From positions 6,971 through 70,970 of the forward strand of contig DAOQWY010000015.1 of assembly GCA_035342335.1 (NCBI GenBank): a stretch of DNA of 64,000 bases, written 5' to 3'. Positions 17,342 through 26,597 of the stretch are shown piece by piece. This DNA comes from Bacteroidales bacterium (GTDB lineage Bacteria > Bacteroidota > Bacteroidia > Bacteroidales > JAGONC01). The notes beneath the pieces are model-generated. The model was not told the DNA's origin, did not search any database, and saw only the letters and a program-made list of their open reading frames with translations. Each line of letters begins with the position of its first letter. The first letter of the stretch is position 1. Made by a program: the position numbers and the translations under genes.

Positions 17342-18712
17342 ATGAAACCCGATTTTTTTAGCCTAAAGATTGTACTCGTAGCCTTCTTTCTCAGCCTTTT
17401 TTATGCAGGCTGCGACCTGTTCCAGAAAGACGATGACGAAGAGGAACCGAAGGAGGGTTTTACGGAAACCCTCTTTGTAAATCCTGAAGATGGCCAGATC
17501 ATCCAGTACGACAGTGCAGGAAGGAAGGCCACCTTCATAGGGGAAAAGGACAGCGAGGGTTTGCCAACGAAAATCACCCAGGCCATTGTCGACGGGGAGG
17601 ACCTTTCAGAGGAAAGCCGCACCGTCATCACATTCGATGACCAGGGAAGAACCACCTCCCTGAGCAGTGAAGCCAACGGTTACATGACCCTTGAGTATGT
17701 ATCGGACACCCAGGTGGTGGTGGTATACACCCTCCCTGATCACATGGAATCCTTTCAGATTACTTTCAATCCCCAGAGTGCAAAGAAGGTTGGGGATTGC
17801 GGATGCCCGGGCGTCAGAAAGGAAACGGAGACAAGCTTCACCAGACGAAGCGATGCGAACGCACCTGTTGTTCAGCAGCCCCCAAGGCAGGAAGCCCCGC
17901 CTGTTTCGCTTAAATCAGGTCTGGAGCTCGAAGGCGATATCCATACTTATTTCAATCAGACCGTCAACCCGGTCACAGGAAACACCGTGTTGGGCATGTG
18001 GGAAGCACCGGATGGCAAAACCGGGGCTTTGAAGATCATTCCCGAGGGACCCGGTAAGTTCAACTATTTCTTCCCTTCCAATCCTGCACCACCACCACCG
18101 GCCGGATTTTCAGACAAGGCGAAGAATCTTCTCACCCTCCTCTGTATGGGTGCCATTCCCATCACACTTGCCAAAGAACAGATCTGCCTGTCATTTACGG
18201 CGGGTTTTGCTGCCTGCGAGGCGATCCTTACTGCTTATGTATGGCTCTGCAGGGCCAATTCGGTCCATACGATCGGGACGTTCACCTATGATATTTACTC
18301 TGCTAAGAGCATTCACGTATTCGTGAATTCCCTGCATCCCAATTTGCCCGCCAAAAGGGGCGAAACCAACTTCAGTCCCTCCGGCTCGTCCCTACCGGAG
18401 ATCAACATTGTCTACGATGCCTATGCCGTCATCGGTAATCTTACCACATCACCGCCCGATCCTGATCCCAACCAGGGATATACCATCTATGCCACGATCC
18501 TGAACGTGATCCCGGGGATTGATCAGGCCAAACTTTCCATGGTCGGTAGCGATGGGTATACAAAAGAACAAACCTTTGAACTGGATGCTTCCGGGGTCTG
18601 CTCGATGTTCATTCCCGGAGCATTGGAGGGTGTGAGGGACGACATCACGGCGGAGGTCATCAATCAATATCCGCAACCCGGACAGACCGTGACCATTTCC
18701 ATCATTTTCTGA
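17342..18712 (+). CDS. hypothetical lipoprotein
   Basis: ORF 17312..18712. The ATG at 17342 gives MKPDFFSLKIVLVAFFLSLFYAGC, a lipobox-like signal with Cys, followed by an acidic linker DDDEEEPKE. No family recognised. Confidence 0.55.
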   Translation: MKPDFFSLKIVLVAFFLSLFYAGCDLFQKDDDEEEPKEGFTETLFVNPEDGQIIQYDSAGRKATFIGEKDSEGLPTKITQAIVDGEDLSEESRTVITFDDQGRTTSLSSEANGYMTLEYVSDTQVVVVYTLPDHMESFQITFNPQSAKKVGDCGCPGVRKETETSFTRRSDANAPVVQQPPRQEAPPVSLKSGLELEGDIHTYFNQTVNPVTGNTVLGMWEAPDGKTGALKIIPEGPGKFNYFFPSNPAPPPPAGFSDKAKNLLTLLCMGAIPITLAKEQICLSFTAGFAACEAILTAYVWLCRANSVHTIGTFTYDIYSAKSIHVFVNSLHPNLPAKRGETNFSPSGSSLPEINIVYDAYAVIGNLTTSPPDPDPNQGYTIYATILNVIPGIDQAKLSMVGSDGYTKEQTFELDASGVCSMFIPGALEGVRDDITAEVINQYPQPGQTVTISIIF

Positions 18713-18782
18713 TGACAGATGGTCACGGTGCAGGTCACCGTATCCGTTTCCTGGCTGGAGAATGCACGGAAGGAGCGGTTTC

Positions 18783-21254
18783 TTAGTTCAAGAGGATCAT
18801 TTTTTTATGGAATGACCTGTCACCGGCCGTTAACCGGTACACATAAACACCGGGTTTGACACGGCAACCCGACATATCCTTTCCATCCCATGCGATCAAT
18901 TTTACTCCGGGCGTTTCCGTACGGTTGAGGAGTGTTCTGACCAGCCTGCCATCCAAAGTATGAATGGTAAGGGTTATGTGCGAAGGGTTGGAAAGCTCGT
19001 AGGTGATCTGTGTGTTTTCACAGAAGGGGTTCGGGTGGTTGCCCAGCAGCCGGAAGGAATGTGCCGGTTCATCCTGCACGTGTGTGACCACATTCTCAAG
19101 GGCATAGAGCTCAACATCGTCGATGTTCCAGCCACAGTACCTCCACCCGGCATCGGTGGATCCCATGGTCCAGCGGAGGTACACATCCGGCTGATGGTCG
19201 GCCACATCTGAAATGTCGATCTCCACGGGGACCCAGTCGTTATCGGTGATCTCTTTATCGTTTGTCCAGATGGTCTGCCAGTTAATCCCATCATTGCTCA
19301 CCCTGACATACGCATGATCAAACTGTGGTTTTTCCACGCCCAGCCACCGCATGAACTTCAGCCGGACCCCGTACCAGTTTGAGCAGTCGATAGAATTGGA
19401 TGTCAGGTGTTTCTCCAGCAGGTTGTTTTGATAATCCCCCTGCAGGTTATATCCGTAGACATTATTCTGTGTGTACCCTTGGGTGGGATCAGGATAACCG
19501 TGTTCGCCTCCGGATCCGGTAGGCTGACCAAATCCCCAGTCGGCCTCGGTGGTCCAGCCCGGATCTGTTTCAAAGGACCATTGTTGTTTCAGCATTGGCT
19601 CGCCAACCAGTAACACCACATTCCTTGAAATGTCAGCCTTTTGACCGGTGAGGCGGATGAACCGGAGGACGGAAGGATAGGCTCCGGGAGAAAGGGTGGC
19701 GGCGTTTTCATTGACCTCCAGTGTGATCAGAGCGACCTCACCCTGATCAAGGATTCCCTGCGATGGTCCGGTCAGGGTAAGCCAGGGCACCAACGGATCC
19801 AGTTCAACGGAATACTCAACAGGTGTGATGCCCTTGTTCTCAAGACTGTAGGTTTTGCTGGATGGAGTGAACGGACCGCCCATACTGCCCCGGGGTTTGA
19901 AATTTTCTTCGGGAGTCACTTCCAGCCCTGATGCCACTGTCAGCGCTTTGACACAGAAGTTGCCGGTATGGAGGAACCCGGAGGGATCGTCATAATCATA
20001 GAAATCGATCCATTGTCCGTCGCTTCTGTAATAACTTTCGCCGTAACTGGCTGCAGATTCAACGATGGTCCTGTAGCTGGCACCCAGCAGCACCGGCACA
20101 TCGGAGGTTCTGTCGTAGGGATAGCCTCCTTCGGAAAGGGTAAGCTGAACGTAAAAGTCGTCCCCTTCATCCAGTTCCACCATCTCATCCAGGTCGAGGG
20201 TATGGAATCCCCTGAATTCAATGGTACCGCTCAGGGATGATAGTACGTTCTGCAGCTCGCCCCCGATGAAATCATCAAACAGGGTGACCGTGTACTCCAC
20301 ACCATTTGCGGCCGTGAAAAAGCTTACCGCCCGGAGCAGCTCCTCACCCTCGCTGATGAATTTATTGGCAACGGCTGTGCAACCGGTGAAGGTGTCGCGC
20401 CAGCCGTGGTAATCGTGGTAATAAATATGCTCATATTGCTGAGGTTCGGCATTGCCAAAGGAGATGCCGCCCATTTCAGGATGATGGCCGCAATGTTTGT
20501 CGTAATAGGAGATCCAGAAATACCCGTCGAGCCCCCAGCTGCTGCCCCAGCTGTTCTTGCACAGCCAGGCCCCGGGCAACGGCGCCTGTGTGGCCTTGTC
20601 ATCATCCCATCCCACAATGGCCACGGCATGATTTGGGTCGAGGGTTGATGTTGGCGGCTGGTAATGAATGTAATTGCTGATGAAACTGCCATTGGAGCAC
20701 AGGCAGGTCCCCATCACGCCATGTTCCATGATGCTCTGTTTCATCGCGTTGATGTTCTCCAGGTTATCACCGGCGGTGAACCATTCAATGTCGCGTGGGT
20801 AATAGTAGTGATAACCGGGAGCATCACGGGCAGGAGGTATGTCGAAGGATTGTCCGTCGATATCGCGCACGGCTCCCTCACCCCTTGAAAGGTAAGCCGA
20901 GGTCACCATGTAATCTCCTCCCTGGTGGACGGTCAGGCCGCTGCCCGAAGGAGGCTGCAGGTCATCATTGTTGTGCTGGTTGAACCCGTTCCACCAGTCC
21001 AGATGGTACTCTGCCAGGTTGGGTTCTCCCGATTCTCCGGCCGCTGCCCATACCCCGGTGATCAGCAGGTTCCCTTCGATGGCCGCCATGGCGCCGTGGG
21101 TCCAGCAGGTCCCCCCATCCTGCGATTTGACAGAGGTAACATAGCTGATCCCGTCAACATCCCGCAGATCGAACGTTGCAGGCGGATCCGGACGCTGGCC
21201 CAGAGCAAAGGAACTTAGAAATATGAATGCAATGAAGGAGAGTTTTTTTGTCAT
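18783..21254 (-). CDS. papain-family (C1) cysteine peptidase with T9SS C-terminal sorting domain
   Basis: ORF 18783..21344. The ATG at 21254 gives the signal MTKKLSFIAFIFLSSFALGQ. Catalytic Cys context is KSQDGGTCWTHGAMAAIE, His is NHAVAIVGWDD, and Asn/Trp is CKNSWGSSWGLDGYFWISY. A MAM-like domain follows. The C-terminus HPNPFCENTQITYEL...VKPGVYVYRLTAGDRSFHKKMILLN is a typical Por/T9SS C-terminal domain. Confidence 0.85.
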   Translation of the reverse strand: MTKKLSFIAFIFLSSFALGQRPDPPATFDLRDVDGISYVTSVKSQDGGTCWTHGAMAAIEGNLLITGVWAAAGESGEPNLAEYHLDWWNGFNQHNNDDLQPPSGSGLTVHQGGDYMVTSAYLSRGEGAVRDIDGQSFDIPPARDAPGYHYYYPRDIEWFTAGDNLENINAMKQSIMEHGVMGTCLCSNGSFISNYIHYQPPTSTLDPNHAVAIVGWDDDKATQAPLPGAWLCKNSWGSSWGLDGYFWISYYDKHCGHHPEMGGISFGNAEPQQYEHIYYHDYHGWRDTFTGCTAVANKFISEGEELLRAVSFFTAANGVEYTVTLFDDFIGGELQNVLSSLSGTIEFRGFHTLDLDEMVELDEGDDFYVQLTLSEGGYPYDRTSDVPVLLGASYRTIVESAASYGESYYRSDGQWIDFYDYDDPSGFLHTGNFCVKALTVASGLEVTPEENFKPRGSMGGPFTPSSKTYSLENKGITPVEYSVELDPLVPWLTLTGPSQGILDQGEVALITLEVNENAATLSPGAYPSVLRFIRLTGQKADISRNVVLLVGEPMLKQQWSFETDPGWTTEADWGFGQPTGSGGEHGYPDPTQGYTQNNVYGYNLQGDYQNNLLEKHLTSNSIDCSNWYGVRLKFMRWLGVEKPQFDHAYVRVSNDGINWQTIWTNDKEITDNDWVPVEIDISDVADHQPDVYLRWTMGSTDAGWRYCGWNIDDVELYALENVVTHVQDEPAHSFRLLGNHPNPFCENTQITYELSNPSHITLTIHTLDGRLVRTLLNRTETPGVKLIAWDGKDMSGCRVKPGVYVYRLTAGDRSFHKKMILLN

Positions 21255-21520
21255 GATTTTTACTGTTTTGTATCTATTGATTAAAATACCAGACCTAAAG
21301 GTCAATGGGGTTATTTTCCCTAAAAAAACATTGGATCTTTCCAAAAGAAGATATTCTTTTTATGGTCTGCCTTTTTTTAGTGAACACCGGCTCTTCCGGG
21401 AAGATGGTACAAAGGTAGGGATTTATTTGTCCCGGTTCCACATACAAAAACACGCATTCAATTGAAGTAAAATTCTTTTTCTTTTTTTAAATAATACTTG
21501 AAAACCAGTAATTTATTCAT

Positions 21521-21528
21521 TATATTTG
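21521..21528 (+). promoter_or_regulatory. possible -7 box TATATTTG for the GEVED/dockerin gene
   Basis: Exact TAnnTTTG match about 193 nt upstream of the ATG at 21722. If this box is used, the leader is long. Confidence 0.3.
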
Positions 21529-21721
21529 TCCCTGCTTTACTTTATATACCCATTGACAGAATAAGTGAGGCGGATCACACTTTAACATTTTTGTTATGCC
21601 TCTGCAAAGCTTCCTGGCGAAGTGGGTTCAACGGTACTTGAGCTTGGTAATCCGGCATTTTTTTTACCATTCCCGAAGTAGATCAGAATCATCCTGTTCG
21701 TTTCATTAACATCCTCCCGCC

Positions 21722-24700
21722 ATGAAAAACCTGATTTCTCTCCTGATCATTGGCAGTTTCATTTCTGTTTTTCACACCTCCTCCTCAGTGGCCCAGCCCA
21801 GGGAGTTCGGCGATGCTCCGGAAGGAGCGCTGGCCTATCCGGCAACGGGAGTCGTGGGGTCGTTCCCGACCTGTAAAACCCTTGGTCCTGCAGGATGGGT
21901 TGAGCATAATAACTTTGGAGCCGTATTAGGTCCTGCGTTTGAGTTTGACGGAGAGGGAAACGGGGGATTATGTCCCCAGTTCAATCCATATGATTTTGAT
22001 GAATGCAAAGGTGACGGCGATGCCGGGTTGATCATCCCCGGGGCATTCACCATTGTTGGCGGAGTGGAGGTTCCTTGCCTTCCGGGAGATGTGGCACCCC
22101 TGGGAACTGCCGGCAGCCTGGCAGTTTGGGGAGGAAACGTCGATATCACTGTAACCAATTACATGCCCAGCGCATCACCGGGTTATATGAACGTAATCGT
22201 TGACTGGGCTCAGGATGGTTCCTGGGGAGGCACTTCTGAACATATCCTGGTTGACTGGTTTGTACCCAATGGTTATGCAGGTCTCTTGTCAGGTCTCGGC
22301 CCGCCTAATTTTGTCATAGGACCCAATTCAGGGTACGTATGGGCCAGGTTTACCATCTCAGAGCAGCCTGTGGGCATGAACTGGGATGGATCCGGTTCAT
22401 TTGAGGATGGTGAGTCCGAAGACTACTTGTTGCTGGTCGCGCCTTCGTCGGGTAACCTGGACTTCGGCGACGCGCCCGACGTTCCCTATCCGACCTTACT
22501 GGCTAGTAACGGAGCACGGCATACGAATGATGGGGTGACTTTTATCGGAGCCGCTATTGATAATGAGGTCGACGGTCAGCCGACCGCCAATGCGGATGGC
22601 GATGACCTGGCAGGCCTGGACGACGAGGATGGGGTCACTTTCACTTCAGCAATGATCCCTGGCCAGTGGGCTACCCTGAACATTGTCGCTTCGGCCAATT
22701 GCCTGCTGAATGCGTGGATGGACTTCAACCTGACGAATGGCTGGGCGGATGCCGGTGAACAGATCTTCACCAACGTCCTGCTCATCACAGGACTGAATAC
22801 GCTTCTTTTCCAGGTTCCTGCAGGTGCGGCGTCAGGGATGACCTGCGCACGTTTCAGGGTGAATCTGAATGGCAACCTGAGTTATACGGGAGCTGCCACG
22901 GAGGGAGAAGTGGAAGATTACAGGATAATGGTCGGGGAAGAACCCCCGAATTACGATTTTGGTGATGCACCGGAGGGTGCCTATGCTTATGTTCCGAGCG
23001 GCGTGTTCCCAAACGGAGTGATGGGTCAGTTTCCCACCTGTACGGGTGTTGGTCCGGCAACCTGGATACAGCATACAACTTCCCTGGCCTACTTTGCTTC
23101 TTTTGACACGGAGCCGGATGGGAATGCCGGCTTGTGTCCGGGTTTCGTTCCGTACGATCAGGATGAATGCAAGGGAGGCGGGGATGCTGGTTTGATCGTA
23201 CCAGGTGCGTTCATCAACACGCTCGTCACCGTTAATCCTCTTTTATATATTGTTTATCCGTGCGTTATGAATGATAATGTGCCTCTGGGGATTCCTTGTT
23301 CTACCGCCGCCTGGGGAACCAGCATAGATATTACAGTACAAAATTTCAGACCAGCCAGTGCTTATGTAAATGTGCTGATCGACTGGGATCAGAACGGCAG
23401 CTGGGGAGGATCCTCCCCTTGTCCCTTGAACCAGGCAACCGAACACGTGCTGGTTAATTTTAGTGTACCCAGTGGTTATTCGGGTCCGTTGTCAGGACTG
23501 CAACCTCCCTCGTTCACCATAGGGCCGAATCCTTCATGGGTATGGGCCAGGTTTTCTATCACGGATCAACCGGTAGGTACGAATTGGGATGGGTCCGGCA
23601 GTTTTGAGGATGGAGAAACGGAGGACTATCTGTTCATTATTTCCAATCCAGCCCTGGACTTCGGCGACGCGCCCGACGTTCCCTATCCGACCTTACTGGC
23701 CAGTAACGGAGCACGGCATACGAATGATGGGGTGACTTTTATCGGAGCCGCTATGGATAATGAGGTCGACGGTCAGCCGACCGCCAATGCGGATGGTGAT
23801 GACCTTGCAGGCCTGGACGACGAGGATGGGGTAACATTCACCACCCCGCTGATTCCCGGACAGTTGGCCATCATTCAAATCGTAGCTTCGGTTAATTGCA
23901 CACTGAATGCCTGGATGGATATTAACCAGTTGAATGGATGGGCAGATGCGGGAGAAAATATATTCTTCAACCAGCCGTTGATTGCCGGATTAAATGCCCT
24001 TCAGCTACTGGTACCTCCAAATGCTGCCTTGGGAATGACGTACTTTCGGTTCCGCGTGAACATTAGCGGTGGATTGAGTTATACGGGAGCTGCCACGGAG
24101 GGAGAAGTGGAAGATTATAGGGTGATGATTGGTGAGGAACCCCCGAACCTCGACTTTGGCGATGCACCGGAGGGGGTGCCGGCGTATCCGGTGAGCGGCG
24201 TGATCGGGCAGTTCCCGACGTGTACCACGATCTTGCCATCGGGGATTGTACAGCACACCAATTTTGGAGCGTGGTTCGGGCCGTTAGTGGATTTTGAGTC
24301 AGACGGGAATGCGGGACTGTGTCCTGGATTTGCGCCCTATGATGCGGATGAATGTCAGGGCGATGGGGATGCGGGACTGCTTGTTCCCGGAGCGTTCACC
24401 CTGGCTGGGCTGCCGCCTGTCGTGGTACCCTGTCCCCAATCAGGTGCTACGCCGCTTGGGAACACGTGCACGACAGCGCAATGGGGTCCGAACATCGACA
24501 TGCAAGTGCAAAATCTTTGTCCGAGCGGACTGCCTCATTTTGTGAACGTATTGATCGACTGGGACCAGAATGGACAGTGGGGAGGCGGTTCACCGTGTCC
24601 GGGTGGTCTTATAGCTTCGGAACATGTTTTGGTAAACTTCCCGGTGCCCAATGGCTATAATGGACCATTGTCCGGTCTGCAGCCGCCGTCGTTTTTGATC

Positions 24701-26002
24701 GGTCCGAATGCGGGGCATGTGTGGGTCCGGTTTACCCTGAGCGAGGTGACGGTTCCCCCGATGGTGTGGGATGGGTCAGGCAGTTTTGAGGATGGGGAGA
24801 CGGAGGATTACCTGTTGCTGGTCACCGAAGAGGAGCCCGACACGTATGACTTCGGTGATGCGCCCGACGGTCCGTACCCGACGCTTTTGGCCAGCAACGG
24901 GGCGAGCCATATGCTGGGTTCCGGCCTTATGATGGGATTCCTGGTGGATGCAGATGCCGATGGCCAGCCCACAGCGAATGCCGACGGGGATGATCTGAAC
25001 AATGTGGATGATGAGGACGGTGTGGTTTTCACCACTCAGCTGATCCAGGGCCAGATGGCTACGCTGCAGATCACTGTTACCATGGCTTGCCTGCTGAACG
25101 CCTGGATGGACTTCAACCAGCTGAATGGCTGGGGCGATCCGGGTGAGCAGATCTTTACCAACGCGCCTCTTGGAGCCGGGCTGAATACGCTGACGTTCCA
25201 GGTTCCTGCCGGCGCTGCGCTTGGGCAGACGTACCTCCGGTTTCGCGTGAACCAGACTGGCGGTCTGAGTTTTACCGGACCGGCCACCGATGGGGAGGTG
25301 GAGGATTATACCAACACGATCGTGGAGCCTGCGCCGACGTTTGACTTTGGCGACGCCCCCGACGGTCCTTACCCGACGCTTTTGGCCAGCAACGGGGCGA
25401 GCCATATGCTGGGTTCCGGCCTTATGATGGGATTCCTGGTGGATGCAGATGCCGATGGCCAGCCCACAGCGAATGCCGACGGGGATGATCTGAACAATGT
25501 GGATGATGAGGACGGTGTGGTTTTCACCACTCAGCTGATCCAGGGCCAGATGGCTACGCTGCAGATCACTGTTACCATGGCTTGCCTGCTGAACGCCTGG
25601 ATGGACTTCAACCAGCTGAATGGCTGGGCAGATGCCAATGAGCAGATTTTCATAAACACGCCTCTCAGTGCCGGGCTGAATACGCTGACGTTCCAGGTTC
25701 CTGCCAGTGCCACGCTGGGGCCGACATACCTTCGTTTCCGGGTGAACACCGGCGGTGGATTGAGTTATGCGGGTTCTGCCACGGATGGGGAGGTGGAGGA
25801 TTATCAGTCAGTTGTTACAAATGTTCCAGGGGATGCCAACTGCGATGGTATAGTCAATGTTCTGGATGTCATTACGATAGCCAATTATATAATGGATCTG
25901 AATCCCGATCCCTTCTGCTTCGGCAATGCAGATGTCAATGCGGACGGGGTGATCAATGTGTTGGACATCATTGGCACGGTAAACATCATTATGAGTAATT
26001 GA
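21722..26002 (+). CDS. 1426-aa secreted modular repeat protein with multiple GEVED domains and a C-terminal dockerin-type repeat pair
   Basis: Signal MKNLISLLIIGSFISVFHTSSSVAQ. Seven FGDAP-initiated modules, three type A (FGDAPEG...) and four type B (FGDAPDxPYPTLLASNGA...). The four type B modules each end in GEVEDY. The C-terminus GDANCDGIVNVLDVITIANYIM...GNADVNADGVINVLDIIGTVNIIM is a duplicated dockerin-like Ca-binding motif. Confidence 0.85.
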   Translation: MKNLISLLIIGSFISVFHTSSSVAQPREFGDAPEGALAYPATGVVGSFPTCKTLGPAGWVEHNNFGAVLGPAFEFDGEGNGGLCPQFNPYDFDECKGDGDAGLIIPGAFTIVGGVEVPCLPGDVAPLGTAGSLAVWGGNVDITVTNYMPSASPGYMNVIVDWAQDGSWGGTSEHILVDWFVPNGYAGLLSGLGPPNFVIGPNSGYVWARFTISEQPVGMNWDGSGSFEDGESEDYLLLVAPSSGNLDFGDAPDVPYPTLLASNGARHTNDGVTFIGAAIDNEVDGQPTANADGDDLAGLDDEDGVTFTSAMIPGQWATLNIVASANCLLNAWMDFNLTNGWADAGEQIFTNVLLITGLNTLLFQVPAGAASGMTCARFRVNLNGNLSYTGAATEGEVEDYRIMVGEEPPNYDFGDAPEGAYAYVPSGVFPNGVMGQFPTCTGVGPATWIQHTTSLAYFASFDTEPDGNAGLCPGFVPYDQDECKGGGDAGLIVPGAFINTLVTVNPLLYIVYPCVMNDNVPLGIPCSTAAWGTSIDITVQNFRPASAYVNVLIDWDQNGSWGGSSPCPLNQATEHVLVNFSVPSGYSGPLSGLQPPSFTIGPNPSWVWARFSITDQPVGTNWDGSGSFEDGETEDYLFIISNPALDFGDAPDVPYPTLLASNGARHTNDGVTFIGAAMDNEVDGQPTANADGDDLAGLDDEDGVTFTTPLIPGQLAIIQIVASVNCTLNAWMDINQLNGWADAGENIFFNQPLIAGLNALQLLVPPNAALGMTYFRFRVNISGGLSYTGAATEGEVEDYRVMIGEEPPNLDFGDAPEGVPAYPVSGVIGQFPTCTTILPSGIVQHTNFGAWFGPLVDFESDGNAGLCPGFAPYDADECQGDGDAGLLVPGAFTLAGLPPVVVPCPQSGATPLGNTCTTAQWGPNIDMQVQNLCPSGLPHFVNVLIDWDQNGQWGGGSPCPGGLIASEHVLVNFPVPNGYNGPLSGLQPPSFLIGPNAGHVWVRFTLSEVTVPPMVWDGSGSFEDGETEDYLLLVTEEEPDTYDFGDAPDGPYPTLLASNGASHMLGSGLMMGFLVDADADGQPTANADGDDLNNVDDEDGVVFTTQLIQGQMATLQITVTMACLLNAWMDFNQLNGWGDPGEQIFTNAPLGAGLNTLTFQVPAGAALGQTYLRFRVNQTGGLSFTGPATDGEVEDYTNTIVEPAPTFDFGDAPDGPYPTLLASNGASHMLGSGLMMGFLVDADADGQPTANADGDDLNNVDDEDGVVFTTQLIQGQMATLQITVTMACLLNAWMDFNQLNGWADANEQIFINTPLSAGLNTLTFQVPASATLGPTYLRFRVNTGGGLSYAGSATDGEVEDYQSVVTNVPGDANCDGIVNVLDVITIANYIMDLNPDPFCFGNADVNADGVINVLDIIGTVNIIMSN
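22457..23832 (+). repeat. intragenic direct repeat, 1197-bp period (copies 22457-22635 and 23654-23832)
   Basis: Aligned by eye: 179 bp with 4 mismatches. It encodes LDFGDAPDVPYPTLLASNGARHTNDGVTFIGAA.DNEVDGQPTANADGDDLAGLDDEDGV in both copies. Confidence 0.85.
24875..25628 (+). repeat. intragenic tandem duplication, 495-bp period, with 259 bp identical (24875-25133 = 25370-25628)
   Basis: Base-by-base comparison of the two stretches. The first mismatch after the run is g25134 versus c25629. Confidence 0.9.
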
Positions 26003-26055
26003 GGGTGAGGTTATATCAAAATTCAAGTTAATTACAGAGACTTCACCTGAAGGCC

Positions 26056-26493
26056 TTATTTTGATGGAACCCCTTCTTCCCTGATACGCTCTACATCGGT
26101 GATATAATATTTTGTTTTTCCCCTCCAGGGAAAGACAGCGTAGCGTTTCGTATAATGGAGGCTCACCCTTTCACCCGTGAGGGAAACAGCCTGAAGTTCA
26201 TCGACAATGGCTGTGTTTTTCCCCTCCACGGAGAATTCAAATGTTTCCAGAAAGGGACTGGAGTTTTTCATTGCTCCGAAGGTCTGGAGATTGAGCTGTC
26301 CTTCGTATGTTTTGAAAATGACTCCTTTTTTGCTGATCCTGACGATGGTACCGGATCTGACACCTTCATCGTAGCTGCCAAAGTATAAAAAGCAAACGAC
26401 TCCGATCAGGACAGCGATGGCGATAAGGATGAATTTATTAAAAAGTCTCCTGCATCCACGGCCAGATGTTGATTTTGTTTTTTCAGTTTCCAT
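26056..26493 (-). CDS. hypothetical single-pass membrane protein
   Basis: ORF 26056..26502 starts at TTG, with an ATG at 26493 (METEKTKS...). One TM segment (FILIAIAVLIGVVCFLYF). No family recognised. Confidence 0.5.
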   Translation of the reverse strand: METEKTKSTSGRGCRRLFNKFILIAIAVLIGVVCFLYFGSYDEGVRSGTIVRISKKGVIFKTYEGQLNLQTFGAMKNSSPFLETFEFSVEGKNTAIVDELQAVSLTGERVSLHYTKRYAVFPWRGKTKYYITDVERIREEGVPSK

Positions 26494-26597
26494 AGCGGTC
26501 AATTTAACCTCAAAGCTACACTATTTCCGGATACCTGTCGAAGGTCCCTGTGTGGATAATGAAAGTTATTTTGTTATTTTGCACAAAAATTCACCCC

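Noticed and set aside
18713-18782. A possible shared terminator hairpin (acggtg-caggt-caccgt) between the convergent lipoprotein and C1 peptidase genes.
   Set aside because: The stem is only 6 bp, with no flanking T or A run on either strand.
21597-21710. A 37-codon ORF (MPLQSFLAKWVQRYLSLVIRHFFYHSRSRSESSCSFH) upstream of the GEVED gene, considered as a gene.
   Set aside because: There is no recognisable signal, GG-leader or conservation evidence. It is kept only as a note within the long-leader finding.
24776-25405. A 209-aa minus-strand ORF, plus several 70-100 aa ORFs, inside the GEVED gene.
   Set aside because: They are antisense and frame-shadow products of a repetitive GC-rich gene, duplicated simply because the underlying DNA is duplicated.
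22457-25628. The near-identical intragenic repeats considered as template and variable repeats of a diversity-generating retroelement.
   Set aside because: The mismatches between copies are not adenine-specific (T/C, T/G, C/T and G/T changes). No reverse transcriptase or accessory gene is present in the window, and the copies are in-frame protein modules.
5867-26002. A tRNA-Pro-anchored genomic island covering the accessory-looking 6-26 kb block.
   Set aside because: No integrase, excisionase, transposase or conjugation genes are present. I did not notice a duplicate of the tRNA 3' end, although I could not search exhaustively. Only composition and gene content hint at accessory status.
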